A DNA stretch of 64,000 nucleotides from Candidatus Omnitrophota bacterium (GTDB lineage: Bacteria; Omnitrophota; Gorgyraeia; S143-82), in contig WGBD01000007.1 of NCBI GenBank assembly GCA_015494465.1, positions 3,009-67,008 of the forward strand. The letters run 5' to 3'. Positions 1-9,445 of the stretch are shown here, in pieces. A program made the position numbers and the translations under genes. Position 1 is the first letter of the stretch. Each line of letters opens with the position of its first letter. A model generated the notes under the pieces. The model saw only the letters and a list, made by a program, of their open reading frames with translations, was not told the DNA's origin and did no database searches.

Positions 1-1079
1 GCCTTCTCAAACTCCAGCTCAGTAAACGGCCTTAAGGCCGCCCAATCTGCGTAAGCGAGGAGATCGTAATATCCAATCCAGGTCATAGCCACCCACTCCC
101 CGTCGTCGGACTCGTTCATGAGGGTGTAGTCCGCACTGCCCCAGTCACCCGCGTTGTCGTTTCGGTCACAGCCGTACTTGCCGTTGGAGGCGAGCTTTAT
201 GTAGATTCTATATTGGCCATAAATATTTGAAATCCTATTCGCCGCCTGGTCGCTGGTCAGGGTGTTCAGGAACTCCGCGTACTGGCCCTGGGTGATCTCG
301 TACTTCATTATGTAGAACGCATTGTAGCCCTTGGGGAAGGCAGCTGGTATCGGCCCTGACTGGTCACCTGCATAACTATTGTCCTGATCGTAATACAAGT
401 ATCCCGTGGTCGTCCCCACGGGGATCTCGTTCTCAGAGGTGATCTGGTACTCACAGCCGGTTGCGGGGTCACAGCCGTAGGTGTAGAAGCAGTTGGTCTG
501 GTCCGCGTCTGCGTCGCCGATGTAGAAGGGTCCGGGCGGGATGAAGACCATCTCTATGCCGAAGACCTTGACCTTTACCTTGGCGTCGTCTGCCACCCCG
601 TCGGAGCCGTACTTCCAGCGGATCGCCACATCCCAATCGTTGGAGCCGGAACCCTCGTTGTAGGAGGAACGGTATATAAAGACCCCTTTGTAGACGCCGT
701 CGGTGTCGCCGAAGGCCACCTCAGCGCAAGGGTCGGTTCCCCCTCCACAGGTGTTGGGCACGCTGTAGTAGGTGTTGTCCAGACTGGCGTGGTGCCAGGG
801 CCCCCAGGAGTTGGTGGACGGGTCGTAGACGGAGTACTTCACGAAGACCCAGGCAGCATCCCAGTTCTTGTCTTCGGTGGCGGTGGTGCCGTCTGCACCG
901 GGATCGCGCCAGGAGTTGTCCCAGGAGATGTGGAACTGGATGTCGTAGGTGTCGTTGGTCGTGTCCTGATTGGTCAGGACGACATTGGAGATCTGGAGAT
1001 TGTTTGCCCTGGCCACAGCGACGGAGAGCAGTAGAAAGAACCCTGCTATGCCGGTGACTAGGACGCCTCTCTTCTTCAT
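1..1079 (-). CDS. Secreted formylglycine-generating-enzyme (SUMF1/FGE-sulfatase) domain protein, 3' end outside window
   Basis: Not in the ORF track because it runs off the edge. My translation from ATG 1079 (SD AGGAGG) gives MKKRGVLVTGIAGFFLLLSVAVARA-NNLQISNV...ISWDNSWR...NWDAAWVFVKY...IEMVFIPPGPFYIG...FPKGYNAFYIMKYEITQGQYAEFLNTL...ADWAALRPFTELEFEKA: a signal peptide plus FGE-family motifs. Confidence 0.75.
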   Translation of the reverse strand, partial: MKKRGVLVTGIAGFFLLLSVAVARANNLQISNVVLTNQDTTNDTYDIQFHISWDNSWRDPGADGTTATEDKNWDAAWVFVKYSVYDPSTNSWGPWHHASLDNTYYSVPNTCGGGTDPCAEVAFGDTDGVYKGVFIYRSSYNEGSGSNDWDVAIRWKYGSDGVADDAKVKVKVFGIEMVFIPPGPFYIGDADADQTNCFYTYGCDPATGCEYQITSENEIPVGTTTGYLYYDQDNSYAGDQSGPIPAAFPKGYNAFYIMKYEITQGQYAEFLNTLTSDQAANRISNIYGQYRIYIKLASNGKYGCDRNDNAGDWGSADYTLMNESDDGEWVAMTWIGYYDLLAYADWAALRPFTELEFEK

Positions 1080-1122
1080 GTTCCCCTCCTTATTCCCCTT
1101 CTTTATTCCACTTTGACTTGCC

Positions 1123-2457
1123 CTAGTGCTCTACGACCAGCAGGGCCTTCAGCAGGGAGACGGCCTGCTGGATCTGGGCGTCGTGCTTTATCTTCTCCCG
1201 CTCCAGCTCCTCTTTCTCCTTCTTTTCCTCTATCTTCTCGCCCTTCTTTATCTTCTCGAATACCTTCTCGCTGGACATCTCCCCACGGAGGAGTTCTACG
1301 AACTCCTCGGGCGTCAGGACGAACTTGTACTCCACCTTGACATCGGGATCGATCCCGGTCTTGTCTATACAGCGGTCGTCGGGCAGGTAGTACTTCTCAG
1401 TGGTGATCTTCACCGCCGAACCGTCGGGCAGGGGGAACAACTGCTGGACCACCCCCTTGCCGAAGCTCTTCTCCCCTACGACGAGGGCGCGCTTGTAGTA
1501 CTGAAGGGCACCTGCGAGTATCTCGGAGGCGGAGGCAGTGCCGGAGTTGATCAGCACCACCATCGGCGCATCGCACACTGGACCAGAATAGGCGGTTTCG
1601 TACTCCTTGCGCTCGCCTATCCTGCCTTTGGTGTAGACGACCAGCTTATCCTTGCCTAGGAACCTGCCAGCGACTTCTACGGAGGTGTTCAAAAGGCCAC
1701 CGGGGTTGTTGCGCAGGTCCAGGATGAGGGCCTGCATCCCTTTGTCTTTTAGTTCCTTCAGCTTCTCGTCCAAAGACTCGGGCAGGTCTTCGGTGAACTC
1801 GCTTATCCGCAGGTAGGCTATCTTGGGCTCGTCTTTCCCGGTGATGATGTCAGCGTACTTTATCTCCTCTATCTGGATTATCGCCCGGGTGATTTCTACC
1901 TCTATCAGCTCGGGATTGCCCTTGCGGAGTATCTTGAGCTTGACCTTCGTGCCGGGCTCTCCCCTGAGTTTATTCACCGCATCAAGCAGGGTTATCCCCT
2001 GAGTGAGCTCACCGTCTATCTCCACTATCCTGTCCCCTGCCTTCAGTCCCGCCTTCCAGGCGGGTGTGCCCTCAAGAGGTGATATCACGGTAAGGAATCC
2101 GTCGCGTATGCCTATCTCTATCCCAATGCCTCCAAACTTGCCTTCGGTGTCGCCCTTGAACTCCGCAAACTCCTCAGGGGTGAAGAACATGGAGTAGGGA
2201 TCGAGTTTGGACAGCATCCCAGAGATGGCACCGTAGATGAGGGTCTTTATCGGGACCTCTTCGACATAGGCCCGGCGGACTATCTCCAGGACATTGCCGA
2301 ACATCCCCAGCTCGCGGTAGAAGTCTATCTTCTTCTTGACCGAATCCACCAGCCCTGCGTTTAGAGCGGGCTGGGGCGGAGAAAACAGGAACGCCAACGA
2401 CAACAGCGGTATCGCTATCCAGATCTGCCACCTGCTATCTCGTATGCAAAAGCGCAT
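1123..2457 (-). CDS. ctpA: Carboxyl-terminal processing protease (S41 family, PDZ domain)
   Basis: GIGIEI PDZ motif, DLRNNPGG, TASASEI catalytic Ser, SFGKG motif, N-terminal signal/TM segment. Confidence 0.92.
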   Translation of the reverse strand: MRFCIRDSRWQIWIAIPLLSLAFLFSPPQPALNAGLVDSVKKKIDFYRELGMFGNVLEIVRRAYVEEVPIKTLIYGAISGMLSKLDPYSMFFTPEEFAEFKGDTEGKFGGIGIEIGIRDGFLTVISPLEGTPAWKAGLKAGDRIVEIDGELTQGITLLDAVNKLRGEPGTKVKLKILRKGNPELIEVEITRAIIQIEEIKYADIITGKDEPKIAYLRISEFTEDLPESLDEKLKELKDKGMQALILDLRNNPGGLLNTSVEVAGRFLGKDKLVVYTKGRIGERKEYETAYSGPVCDAPMVVLINSGTASASEILAGALQYYKRALVVGEKSFGKGVVQQLFPLPDGSAVKITTEKYYLPDDRCIDKTGIDPDVKVEYKFVLTPEEFVELLRGEMSSEKVFEKIKKGEKIEEKKEKEELEREKIKHDAQIQQAVSLLKALLVVEH

Positions 2458-2496
2458 TTAATCCCTCCCTTTAATTATAAAAAACAAGCGCCCCGG

Positions 2497-2817
2497 TCAG
2501 GCCTTTATCCAGAGGAGTATGCCCATCACCAAGCCGTATATAGCAAGGGCCTCTCCCAGTCCGAGGATTATCAACAGCCTTCCCATCAGTTCGGGCTTCT
2601 CGCTGATGGCCCCCACCACCGAGGAACCTATGCTGGAGAGGGCAACCCCTGCACCTATACAGCCAAGGCCTACGCTCACCCCCGCACCGAGAAGTGCACC
2701 CATGTCGTAAAGGCCACCGCCGGTGGAGAGGTTAGCCACCTGACTGGCGGTCTCACCTGCCCACAGGTAAAGCGAGGGGGCAAGCGTCAGGGTCAACGAA
2801 GTCAATACCTTTTTCAT
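2497..2817 (-). CDS. V/A-type ATP synthase subunit K/c (proteolipid) with N-terminal leader
   Basis: Gly-rich GxGxxGxG helix, EKPE loop and essential Glu in LGEALAIYG. ATG 2817 overlaps the aroC TGA (ATGA). Confidence 0.85.
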   Translation of the reverse strand: MKKVLTSLTLTLAPSLYLWAGETASQVANLSTGGGLYDMGALLGAGVSVGLGCIGAGVALSSIGSSVVGAISEKPELMGRLLIILGLGEALAIYGLVMGILLWIKA

Positions 2818-3956
2818 TCTCCGCTCCATAACTCAGACCTCCGGTTAAGGTAATCCTCTATTGCCCTCTTTATGTCTCCCAACTCGTCTCCTCCAAACTT
2901 CTCCACCACCGCACAGGCAATCACCCACAGGCACATCGTCTCTACCACAACCGAAGCAGCGGGAACGGCACAGGTGTCGAACCTCTCCACCACGGCCCGG
3001 GTGGAGGTCTTGTCCCGGACATCTACCGAATCAAGGGGATTGCCGAGCGTGGCTATGGGCTTCATCGCGGACCTGACGACGATGACCTCTCCGTTGCTCA
3101 TCCCCCCTTCTATCCCCCCTGCATTGTTCCGACTGCGGTAGAAACCCCTTTCCGGGGAGTGGTGTATCGGATCGTGGACCTGTGAGCCGGGTCTCCGGCT
3201 ATTGGCAAAGGCAGGGCCTATCTCCACACCTTTTATCGCGGGCACGGACATAACCGCCTGGGCAATCCGGCCGTCGAGCCTTTGATCCCACTGGGTAAAC
3301 GAGCCCAACCCGGGCGGGACACCCCTTATCCAGACCTCAACGATCCCCCCGAGGGTGTCTCCGCTTGCCTTTGCCTGATCTATTGCCCGTTTCATCTCTT
3401 CCGTGCGCTCTGGAGAGGGACAAAAGACCTCCGACAGGACGGTACTGCGCTTGACGGTCTCAAAGGACCAATCGGAGAGGTCCTCATCCCTCAATTCCAC
3501 CTCGCCTATCGCCCTGACGAAGGCGAGGGACTCTATACCCAACTGCCTCAAGAACTGTCTAGCAAAGGAACCCGCCACCACCCGCACTGCGGTCTCCCGG
3601 GCGGAGGCCCGCTCCAGTATCGGACGGGCGTTGGTCTGGGCGAACTTCAGCATCCCGGGCAGGTCCGCATGTCCGGGACGCGGGGCGTAGACCTCGGGCA
3701 ACTGCTCAAGTGAGGTGTCGCGGTTCCAGACGACGACCGCTATGGGCGAGCCGACGGTCCTGCCCTCTATCAGTCCGGAGAGGACATCTGCGGAGTCGGA
3801 TTCTATCCTTTGCCGGCCTCCCCTGCCGTAGCCTGCCTGTCTGCGGGCGAGGTCGTGGTTGACCTCATCCAAATCTATAGGGACATTGGCAGGGAAACCG
3901 TCTATAATCACCGTCAGGGCCCTGCCGTGAGAGAAGCCCGCGGTCAGGAATCTCAT
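2814..3956 (-). CDS. aroC: Chorismate synthase
   Basis: RRQxGYGRGGR, PRPGHAD, ERASARETA, NNAGGIEGGMSNG, MKPI motifs. Confidence 0.96.
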   Translation of the reverse strand: MRFLTAGFSHGRALTVIIDGFPANVPIDLDEVNHDLARRQAGYGRGGRQRIESDSADVLSGLIEGRTVGSPIAVVVWNRDTSLEQLPEVYAPRPGHADLPGMLKFAQTNARPILERASARETAVRVVAGSFARQFLRQLGIESLAFVRAIGEVELRDEDLSDWSFETVKRSTVLSEVFCPSPERTEEMKRAIDQAKASGDTLGGIVEVWIRGVPPGLGSFTQWDQRLDGRIAQAVMSVPAIKGVEIGPAFANSRRPGSQVHDPIHHSPERGFYRSRNNAGGIEGGMSNGEVIVVRSAMKPIATLGNPLDSVDVRDKTSTRAVVERFDTCAVPAASVVVETMCLWVIACAVVEKFGGDELGDIKRAIEDYLNRRSELWSGE

Positions 3957-4414
3957 ATAGCCACCCTGTCTTTTATTATCCCGAGTTCCCTTAACGCCAC
4001 CAATACCGCCCCTGCGGTTATGAGCGCATCAGACAGATTGAATACCGGTGGAAAAAAAACCAGACGAATATAGTCTACAACACAGCGGTAAAATAGTCTA
4101 TCCATAAAATTTCCCACCGCACCCACGACTATCAGGAATAACCCCGCCTTTAGGTACACATCCCGCATCCGCAGGAACAGGACGGTGAAGGCGGCTATTA
4201 TCCCCACCTGCACCCCAACGAGCAGACCTGCGGGCAGGTGCCTGAACCAACCGAATGCTATGCCCCGGTTGAGGGATAGGGACAACTTCAACCAGCCAAG
4301 GTCCAGACGAAGCTGGCCCGTGAGGGCAAGGTGCTTGAGGAGCCGGTCTAGCACCGCCACCGCAATCGCCGAGTAAACCAAGGACCTGTACCCGGGGTTA
4401 GAAGTACGGCACAT
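3953..4414 (-). CDS. lspA: Lipoprotein signal peptidase II
   Basis: NxGIAFG, GAVGNFMDR, VVDYI, FNLSD motifs. Start uncertain (ATG 4414 chosen). Confidence 0.9.
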   Translation of the reverse strand: MCRTSNPGYRSLVYSAIAVAVLDRLLKHLALTGQLRLDLGWLKLSLSLNRGIAFGWFRHLPAGLLVGVQVGIIAAFTVLFLRMRDVYLKAGLFLIVVGAVGNFMDRLFYRCVVDYIRLVFFPPVFNLSDALITAGAVLVALRELGIIKDRVAI

Positions 4415-5882
4415 AGAACCAGCGGTATGTGTGCTTGACCCCCCTGTCCCGCAGGACATCGCGGGTTGCCTGGGCTATCTTCTTGACGCTCTCGTCTGCC
4501 CGACTGTCCACGAGGATGCAAAACAGTGTGTGCCTGCAGGTCGGTGCAGACTGAAAGGCGTGGTGGTTCCAATCGGGACCGCGAAAGACGAGTTCTATAC
4601 ACCGGGGTCGGGTAATACGCCTTGCCTCTTTCTTTACGGTCTCGTAGGTCTCCTCGTCCGGGCCGTAGTAGACCCACTCAACGAACTTCAAATCTCGAAA
4701 CCGATCAATGGCACTTGCTATCTCCTCCGCCACGCCGTTTAGGTCAACCGGCGTAAGTTCCTCTATCTCGGATATCTGCTTCATCCTCTCCTTGTACAAC
4801 TGGACATTGGGCTGGTTTACGAAGTTTAGTTCCTCACCGGCAAAGAGGGAGTAGCGCCAGGCAACTGCGGAGGTGAAGTACTCAAGGGCAATGGTCAGTT
4901 CTGCCATGCTGTCTAGTCTTTCTGCAAAGTTAAGGGTGATGACGCCCTTCTTCTCGAGGAGTTCGGCCAGTTCAGGGTCCTGCGACGGGATAAAGACTAT
5001 CGTCTTGGGATCAAAATCCTCTGCTTTACCGCCGAGCGACTCCTGTATGAGTTGATTTATCCATATCCGTATGCCCTCCTCGGCGCGGGAGAATTTATCG
5101 GACATCACTATCGCAATGCAGGGATGGATGTCGTCCTTGCCGGCCACGACCTTCTCCGCCTTTTGGTACCAGAGGTTGATAAAGTCCTCGTCGAGTTCCT
5201 TTCGGTTTATCTCCTCGTTGAGACGGATTAGTTCCTCATCGGATAGCAAAATTGCCATGGGCAAGAGAAACAATGCGGTCCGGGGACAGGTGAACCTGCC
5301 TCCTATGTCCGACTTGCCGTCGGGCTGGATGGACAGGACATTCAAGCGCTCCAGATCCCAGCCCTTCTCGGCGAGTCTTGGGGCGTTTTCGGGATCGGTC
5401 AGCCAGGTGATGTGCTGGTATATGTCCATACCTGCGGACTCGTACACCTTTTTTATGTGTCCGGATATGACATGGGTCTCAAAGGTGGTGGCGGACTTGG
5501 ATATCGCCACTACCTTCAATCGGGACAGGTCCCTGCCCTCCAACTGGCCCTTGACGAAGGCCTCGTCGGGGTTGTCGAGGATAAGTATCTTGTCTTCCAG
5601 TTCGGGGTAAAGTTGGCGTATCGTCTTTACGGTGTTTATGGATCCGCCCATTCCCACGAAGACGGTAGCGTAATCCTGAGCCAAAGCGGATCGCGCTTGC
5701 CTCAGCCATTCCTTTAACACCGCGGTCTCTATCGGCACCGCCCAACCCAGACGGGGCCTGCCGTTATCGTTTCCTATGCGATAGATGAGGTCAGAGGCGT
5801 CCACTTCCCTGCCCAGATGCATCCCCAACGCGACATCGCGCAGGTGGTCGAAGAAGTCCTTTGCCTTTAGATCTCCTACCAT
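4398..5882 (-). CDS. pgi: Divergent glucose-6-phosphate isomerase-like (SIS fold) protein
   Basis: GMGGS, SKSATTFET, IGGRF, WINQLIQESLG, NQPNVQLYK motifs. Divergent elsewhere. Confidence 0.7.
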   Translation of the reverse strand: MVGDLKAKDFFDHLRDVALGMHLGREVDASDLIYRIGNDNGRPRLGWAVPIETAVLKEWLRQARSALAQDYATVFVGMGGSINTVKTIRQLYPELEDKILILDNPDEAFVKGQLEGRDLSRLKVVAISKSATTFETHVISGHIKKVYESAGMDIYQHITWLTDPENAPRLAEKGWDLERLNVLSIQPDGKSDIGGRFTCPRTALFLLPMAILLSDEELIRLNEEINRKELDEDFINLWYQKAEKVVAGKDDIHPCIAIVMSDKFSRAEEGIRIWINQLIQESLGGKAEDFDPKTIVFIPSQDPELAELLEKKGVITLNFAERLDSMAELTIALEYFTSAVAWRYSLFAGEELNFVNQPNVQLYKERMKQISEIEELTPVDLNGVAEEIASAIDRFRDLKFVEWVYYGPDEETYETVKKEARRITRPRCIELVFRGPDWNHHAFQSAPTCRHTLFCILVDSRADESVKKIAQATRDVLRDRGVKHTYRWFYVPYF

Positions 5883-5906
5883 CTGCCCTCCTTCGTCTTT
5901 ATCGTT

Positions 5907-7031
5907 CTAGGCCTGCAGGTACAGCTTCGCAAGGTCTGGGTTGGCGGTACTGCAACCCATGGACTCCAACACCGCCCTTACGCAGTTTATACCCACGATA
6001 AGGTCGAGTTCGTCTATCCAACCCATGTGGGCGACGCGGAATATCTTGCCCTTCAACTTCGCCTGCCCCCCTGCAACGCTGACGCGGTATTCCTGCCTTA
6101 AGGTCTTTACCAACTTCCCGGAATCTATCCCCTTGGGAGACTTCACTGCGGTAACTCCGTTGCTGGGATCCTTAGAGAAGAGTTCCAACCCCATATCCCG
6201 GAATGCCTTGCGCGTGGCCTCTGCCAATTTCCCGTACCTTGCCCAGAGGTTCTCTATACCCTGACTGCGGTAGTAATCCACGACCTCGGCCAGGGCAACT
6301 ACGAGAGAGACCGCGGGGGTATAAGGGGTGTCGGGCTTTTCTATCACCTTGCGGTACTTCCGCAGGTCGAGGTAGTAGCGGGGAGATGTGGACCTCTCCA
6401 CCCACTCCCACGCCCGTTCGGACAGGGAGATGAAGGCCAGTCCCGGTGGGAGCATCAGGCCCTTCTGGGATCCGGAGACGACGACATCCACGCCCCACTC
6501 GTCCATCTTCAAGGGGGAAACGCCCATAGACGATATCGCATCCACGACCAGCAGGCAGTCCTTTTCCCGGGTGATCCGGGCGATGGCCTCCACATCGGTG
6601 TCCACTCCGGTGGAGGTCTCGCAGTGGGTGATGAAGACTGCCTTTGCGGAAGGGTGCTCCGCAAGGGCCTTCTCTATCTCCTCAGGGCGCACCGCCCTGC
6701 CCCACTCTACCTCAAGGGAGTACACCTTTGCCCCGTAGGACTCCGCAATCTCCCTCCACCTCTCGCCGAACTTACCACCTTCCACGACGATTACCTCGTC
6801 GCCCGGGCTGACCAGGTTGGCGACCGCGCACTCCATAGCGGAGGTGCCTGATCCGGCCAAGACGAATACGGGTTGCTCGGTCTGGAAGATGTACTTCAGG
6901 CCTTCTTCGGCCCTGGCCAGTATCTCCTGAAACTCGCTGGTGCGGTGATGGAGTATGGGCCGGGCGAGTGCCAGCCTGACGAAGTCGGGTAACGGAGTCG
7001 GACCGGGGGTCAGGATGTATGTCTTCCTCAT
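5907..7031 (-). CDS. Class V PLP aminotransferase (alanine-glyoxylate/serine-pyruvate family)
   Basis: [31 protein letters not shown] (PLP Lys), FRVAHMG. Confidence 0.9.
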   Translation of the reverse strand: MRKTYILTPGPTPLPDFVRLALARPILHHRTSEFQEILARAEEGLKYIFQTEQPVFVLAGSGTSAMECAVANLVSPGDEVIVVEGGKFGERWREIAESYGAKVYSLEVEWGRAVRPEEIEKALAEHPSAKAVFITHCETSTGVDTDVEAIARITREKDCLLVVDAISSMGVSPLKMDEWGVDVVVSGSQKGLMLPPGLAFISLSERAWEWVERSTSPRYYLDLRKYRKVIEKPDTPYTPAVSLVVALAEVVDYYRSQGIENLWARYGKLAEATRKAFRDMGLELFSKDPSNGVTAVKSPKGIDSGKLVKTLRQEYRVSVAGGQAKLKGKIFRVAHMGWIDELDLIVGINCVRAVLESMGCSTANPDLAKLYLQA

Positions 7032-7669
7032 CTCTTGCCTCCTTCTATTGGTTTGAGCTCTATGACATGATCTACCAGTCCGTATTCCTTTGCCTCCTCT
7101 GCGGACATGAAGAAGTCCCGGTCGGTGTCCTTTTCTATCACATCAACAGGTTTCCCGGTGTGGAGCGAAAGTATCTGATTCAGTTTCTCTTTCAACTTCA
7201 ATATCTCCTTTGCCTGAATGGAGATGTCCGCAGCGGTCCCCTGCACCCCACCCCAGGGCTGGTGTATCATTATGCGGGAGTTTGGCAGGGCAAAACGCTT
7301 GCCCTTGGTCCCTGCGGACAGCAGGACCGCCCCCATGCTCGCTGCCTGGCCTATGCAGTAGGTGCAGACATCGGGCTTGACGAAGCGCATGGTGTCGTAG
7401 ATGGCCAATCCGCTGGTGACGGAGCCACCGGGGGAGTTTATGTAGACATTTATGTCCTTATCCGGGTCCTGCATCTGGAGGAACAGCAACTGGGCGATCA
7501 CCAGATTGGCGACATTGTCGTCTATTGCGGTGCCGATGAAGACTATCCTATCCTTGAGCAGGCGGGAGTATATGTCGTAGGCCCGTTCAAACCTGCCCTC
7601 CTGCTCCACTACCATCGGGACTATGTAGTCCATCACGAATTCGCGGATCTGCCCGTCCTTGCCTTTCAT
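7028..7669 (-). CDS. clpP: ATP-dependent Clp protease proteolytic subunit
   Basis: [28 protein letters not shown] (Ser), MIHQP (His), [11 protein letters not shown]. Confidence 0.97.
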   Translation of the reverse strand: MKGKDGQIREFVMDYIVPMVVEQEGRFERAYDIYSRLLKDRIVFIGTAIDDNVANLVIAQLLFLQMQDPDKDINVYINSPGGSVTSGLAIYDTMRFVKPDVCTYCIGQAASMGAVLLSAGTKGKRFALPNSRIMIHQPWGGVQGTAADISIQAKEILKLKEKLNQILSLHTGKPVDVIEKDTDRDFFMSAEEAKEYGLVDHVIELKPIEGGKR

Positions 7670-7688
7670 GTCCACCTCCCTGCAGGGT

Positions 7689-8693
7689 TTACTTGGTACC
7701 TATGGAGACGAGGTAGTTCCAGACCTTGTCGTGGTCCATGTCCAGACAGAAACTGTCCCAACCGGTACGGGTCTCTATGTACCTCTTCATCTCCTCCGCA
7801 GATATACCGTACCTCTCTGCCATCTTCTCTACCTGCACCTCTATCTCCTCGTCGCTTGCCTCTATGCCCTCCTTTCTGCCTATCTCCTCTATTATAAAGA
7901 ACAACTTCACATCGTCCTCGGCACTCTTGAGGATGTCGTCCTTCCTCTGCTCCAGTATCGCCCTTATCTGATCCTCCCTCATCCCCATCTGGGCGAGGGT
8001 GCTGGCAAAGGACTGGAGTTTCTGCTCAAACTGCCGCCGGACCCAGAGGTCGGGCACATCCAGACGGGAGTGCTTCAGGAGGAATTCTCTTATCTGTTTG
8101 TCCATGTCCCGCTTGGCCTCGGAAGAGCGGGCCATCTCCAGATTCTTCCTTATCTGCTCCCTCATCTCCTCCACCGACTTGAAACCGAACTGCTGGACTG
8201 CGGAGTCGGTGAGTTCGGGGAGTTCCTCGGGTTTCAGATTGGGATCGTTCTGCTTGTCGGGCGGAAGGAGGGCCCGACGGTACTGTTCCAGCGCCTTTTC
8301 CACATCCTCGTCGCTGACGCTGACGGGCCTGCGCTTTATCTTGAGCTTTTTGTAGTTAGCGAGTTTGATCTTGGGCCAGACATAGACCTTTATCTTGGCG
8401 GTGAGGTTGAAGTCGTCGTCCAGTCTGACATCCTCTATTATGGGCACATCTATCGCCATAATCTTTCGCTTCTCCACCTCTTCCTCTGCCACCTTGGGCA
8501 AGAGCCTGCGCAACATCTCCTCTATCACCTGCCCTCTGAATCGGGTCTTGACTATCTCTAGAGGGACCTTGCCCTTGCGGAATCCTTTGAGGGTTACGGT
8601 TCGGCGCACCTTTTTGGCGGATTCCTCAAACTCCTTCTTGACCAGATCCGAGGGGACTCGCACCTCAAACGATACTTCACAGGTCTTTGCCAT
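7689..8693 (-). CDS. tig: Trigger factor, short form lacking the FKBP domain
   Basis: GFRKGKVP ribosome-binding signature, C-terminal chaperone domain, canonical position upstream of clpP. Confidence 0.88.
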   Translation of the reverse strand: MAKTCEVSFEVRVPSDLVKKEFEESAKKVRRTVTLKGFRKGKVPLEIVKTRFRGQVIEEMLRRLLPKVAEEEVEKRKIMAIDVPIIEDVRLDDDFNLTAKIKVYVWPKIKLANYKKLKIKRRPVSVSDEDVEKALEQYRRALLPPDKQNDPNLKPEELPELTDSAVQQFGFKSVEEMREQIRKNLEMARSSEAKRDMDKQIREFLLKHSRLDVPDLWVRRQFEQKLQSFASTLAQMGMREDQIRAILEQRKDDILKSAEDDVKLFFIIEEIGRKEGIEASDEEIEVQVEKMAERYGISAEEMKRYIETRTGWDSFCLDMDHDKVWNYLVSIGTK

Positions 8694-8716
8694 CCTCTCT
8701 TTCACCTCCACTTGAT

Positions 8717-9445
8717 TCAGAGTCGGAATTCCTTTCCAAGGTACATCTTCCTCGCCTCGGGATTGTTGACCAGGTCCTGAGGCGTGCCTTCGAACAATAT
8801 CTTTCCATTGGCAATCAGGTAGGCCCTGTCGGTTATGGACAGGGTCTCCCTTACATTGTGATCGGTCAGCAATATGCCTAGCCCTTTCTTCTTGAGGCCT
8901 AATATGATTTGCTGGGCCTCGTATACGACTATGGGGTCTATTCCAGAGAAGGGTTCGTCCAACAGCAAGATGGCGGGTTTGGTTAACAGGGCCCGAGTTA
9001 TCTCAAGCCTCCGCCTTTCTCCTCCCGAGAGCATGTAACACTTGCTCTTGGCAAGGTGGGTGAGGTTCAACTCCTCCAGGGCCCGCTGGAGCCTGCGCCT
9101 CCTCTCTCGAGGGGATAGGGGCATGGTCTCCAGGATCGCCACGATGTTTTCTTCGACGGTGAGGTTCCTAAAGACCGACGGCTCCTGGGGTAAGTAGGCC
9201 ATTCCCAAGCGCGCCCGCTCGTGTATGGGCCAGCGGGTGATGTCCTTTTCGCCGAAGAATATCTTACCGCTATCGGGCCTCACTATGCCCACTACCATGT
9301 AAAAGGTGGTCGTCTTGCCCGCACCGTTGGGACCGAGCAGGCCCACGATCTCCCCTCGGCCTATGCGGATGTTGACCCCGTCCACGACCCTCCTGCCGCC
9401 GTAGACCTTAATCAAGTCTTTCGTCTCCAAGAGATGTCTTTCCAA
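8717..9445 (-). CDS. lptB: LPS export ABC transporter ATPase
   Basis: GLLGPNGAGKTTTFY, YLPQEPSVFR, LSGGERRRLEI, LDEPFSGIDP, TDHNVRETL, YLG.EF end. Confidence 0.96.
   Translation of the reverse strand: MERHLLETKDLIKVYGGRRVVDGVNIRIGRGEIVGLLGPNGAGKTTTFYMVVGIVRPDSGKIFFGEKDITRWPIHERARLGMAYLPQEPSVFRNLTVEENIVAILETMPLSPRERRRRLQRALEELNLTHLAKSKCYMLSGGERRRLEITRALLTKPAILLLDEPFSGIDPIVVYEAQQIILGLKKKGLGILLTDHNVRETLSITDRAYLIANGKILFEGTPQDLVNNPEARKMYLGKEFRL

Noticed and set aside
7019-8561. 292-aa and 300-aa plus-strand ORFs
   Set aside because: Antisense to clpP and tig, with Leu/His/Tyr-rich composition typical of reverse frames.
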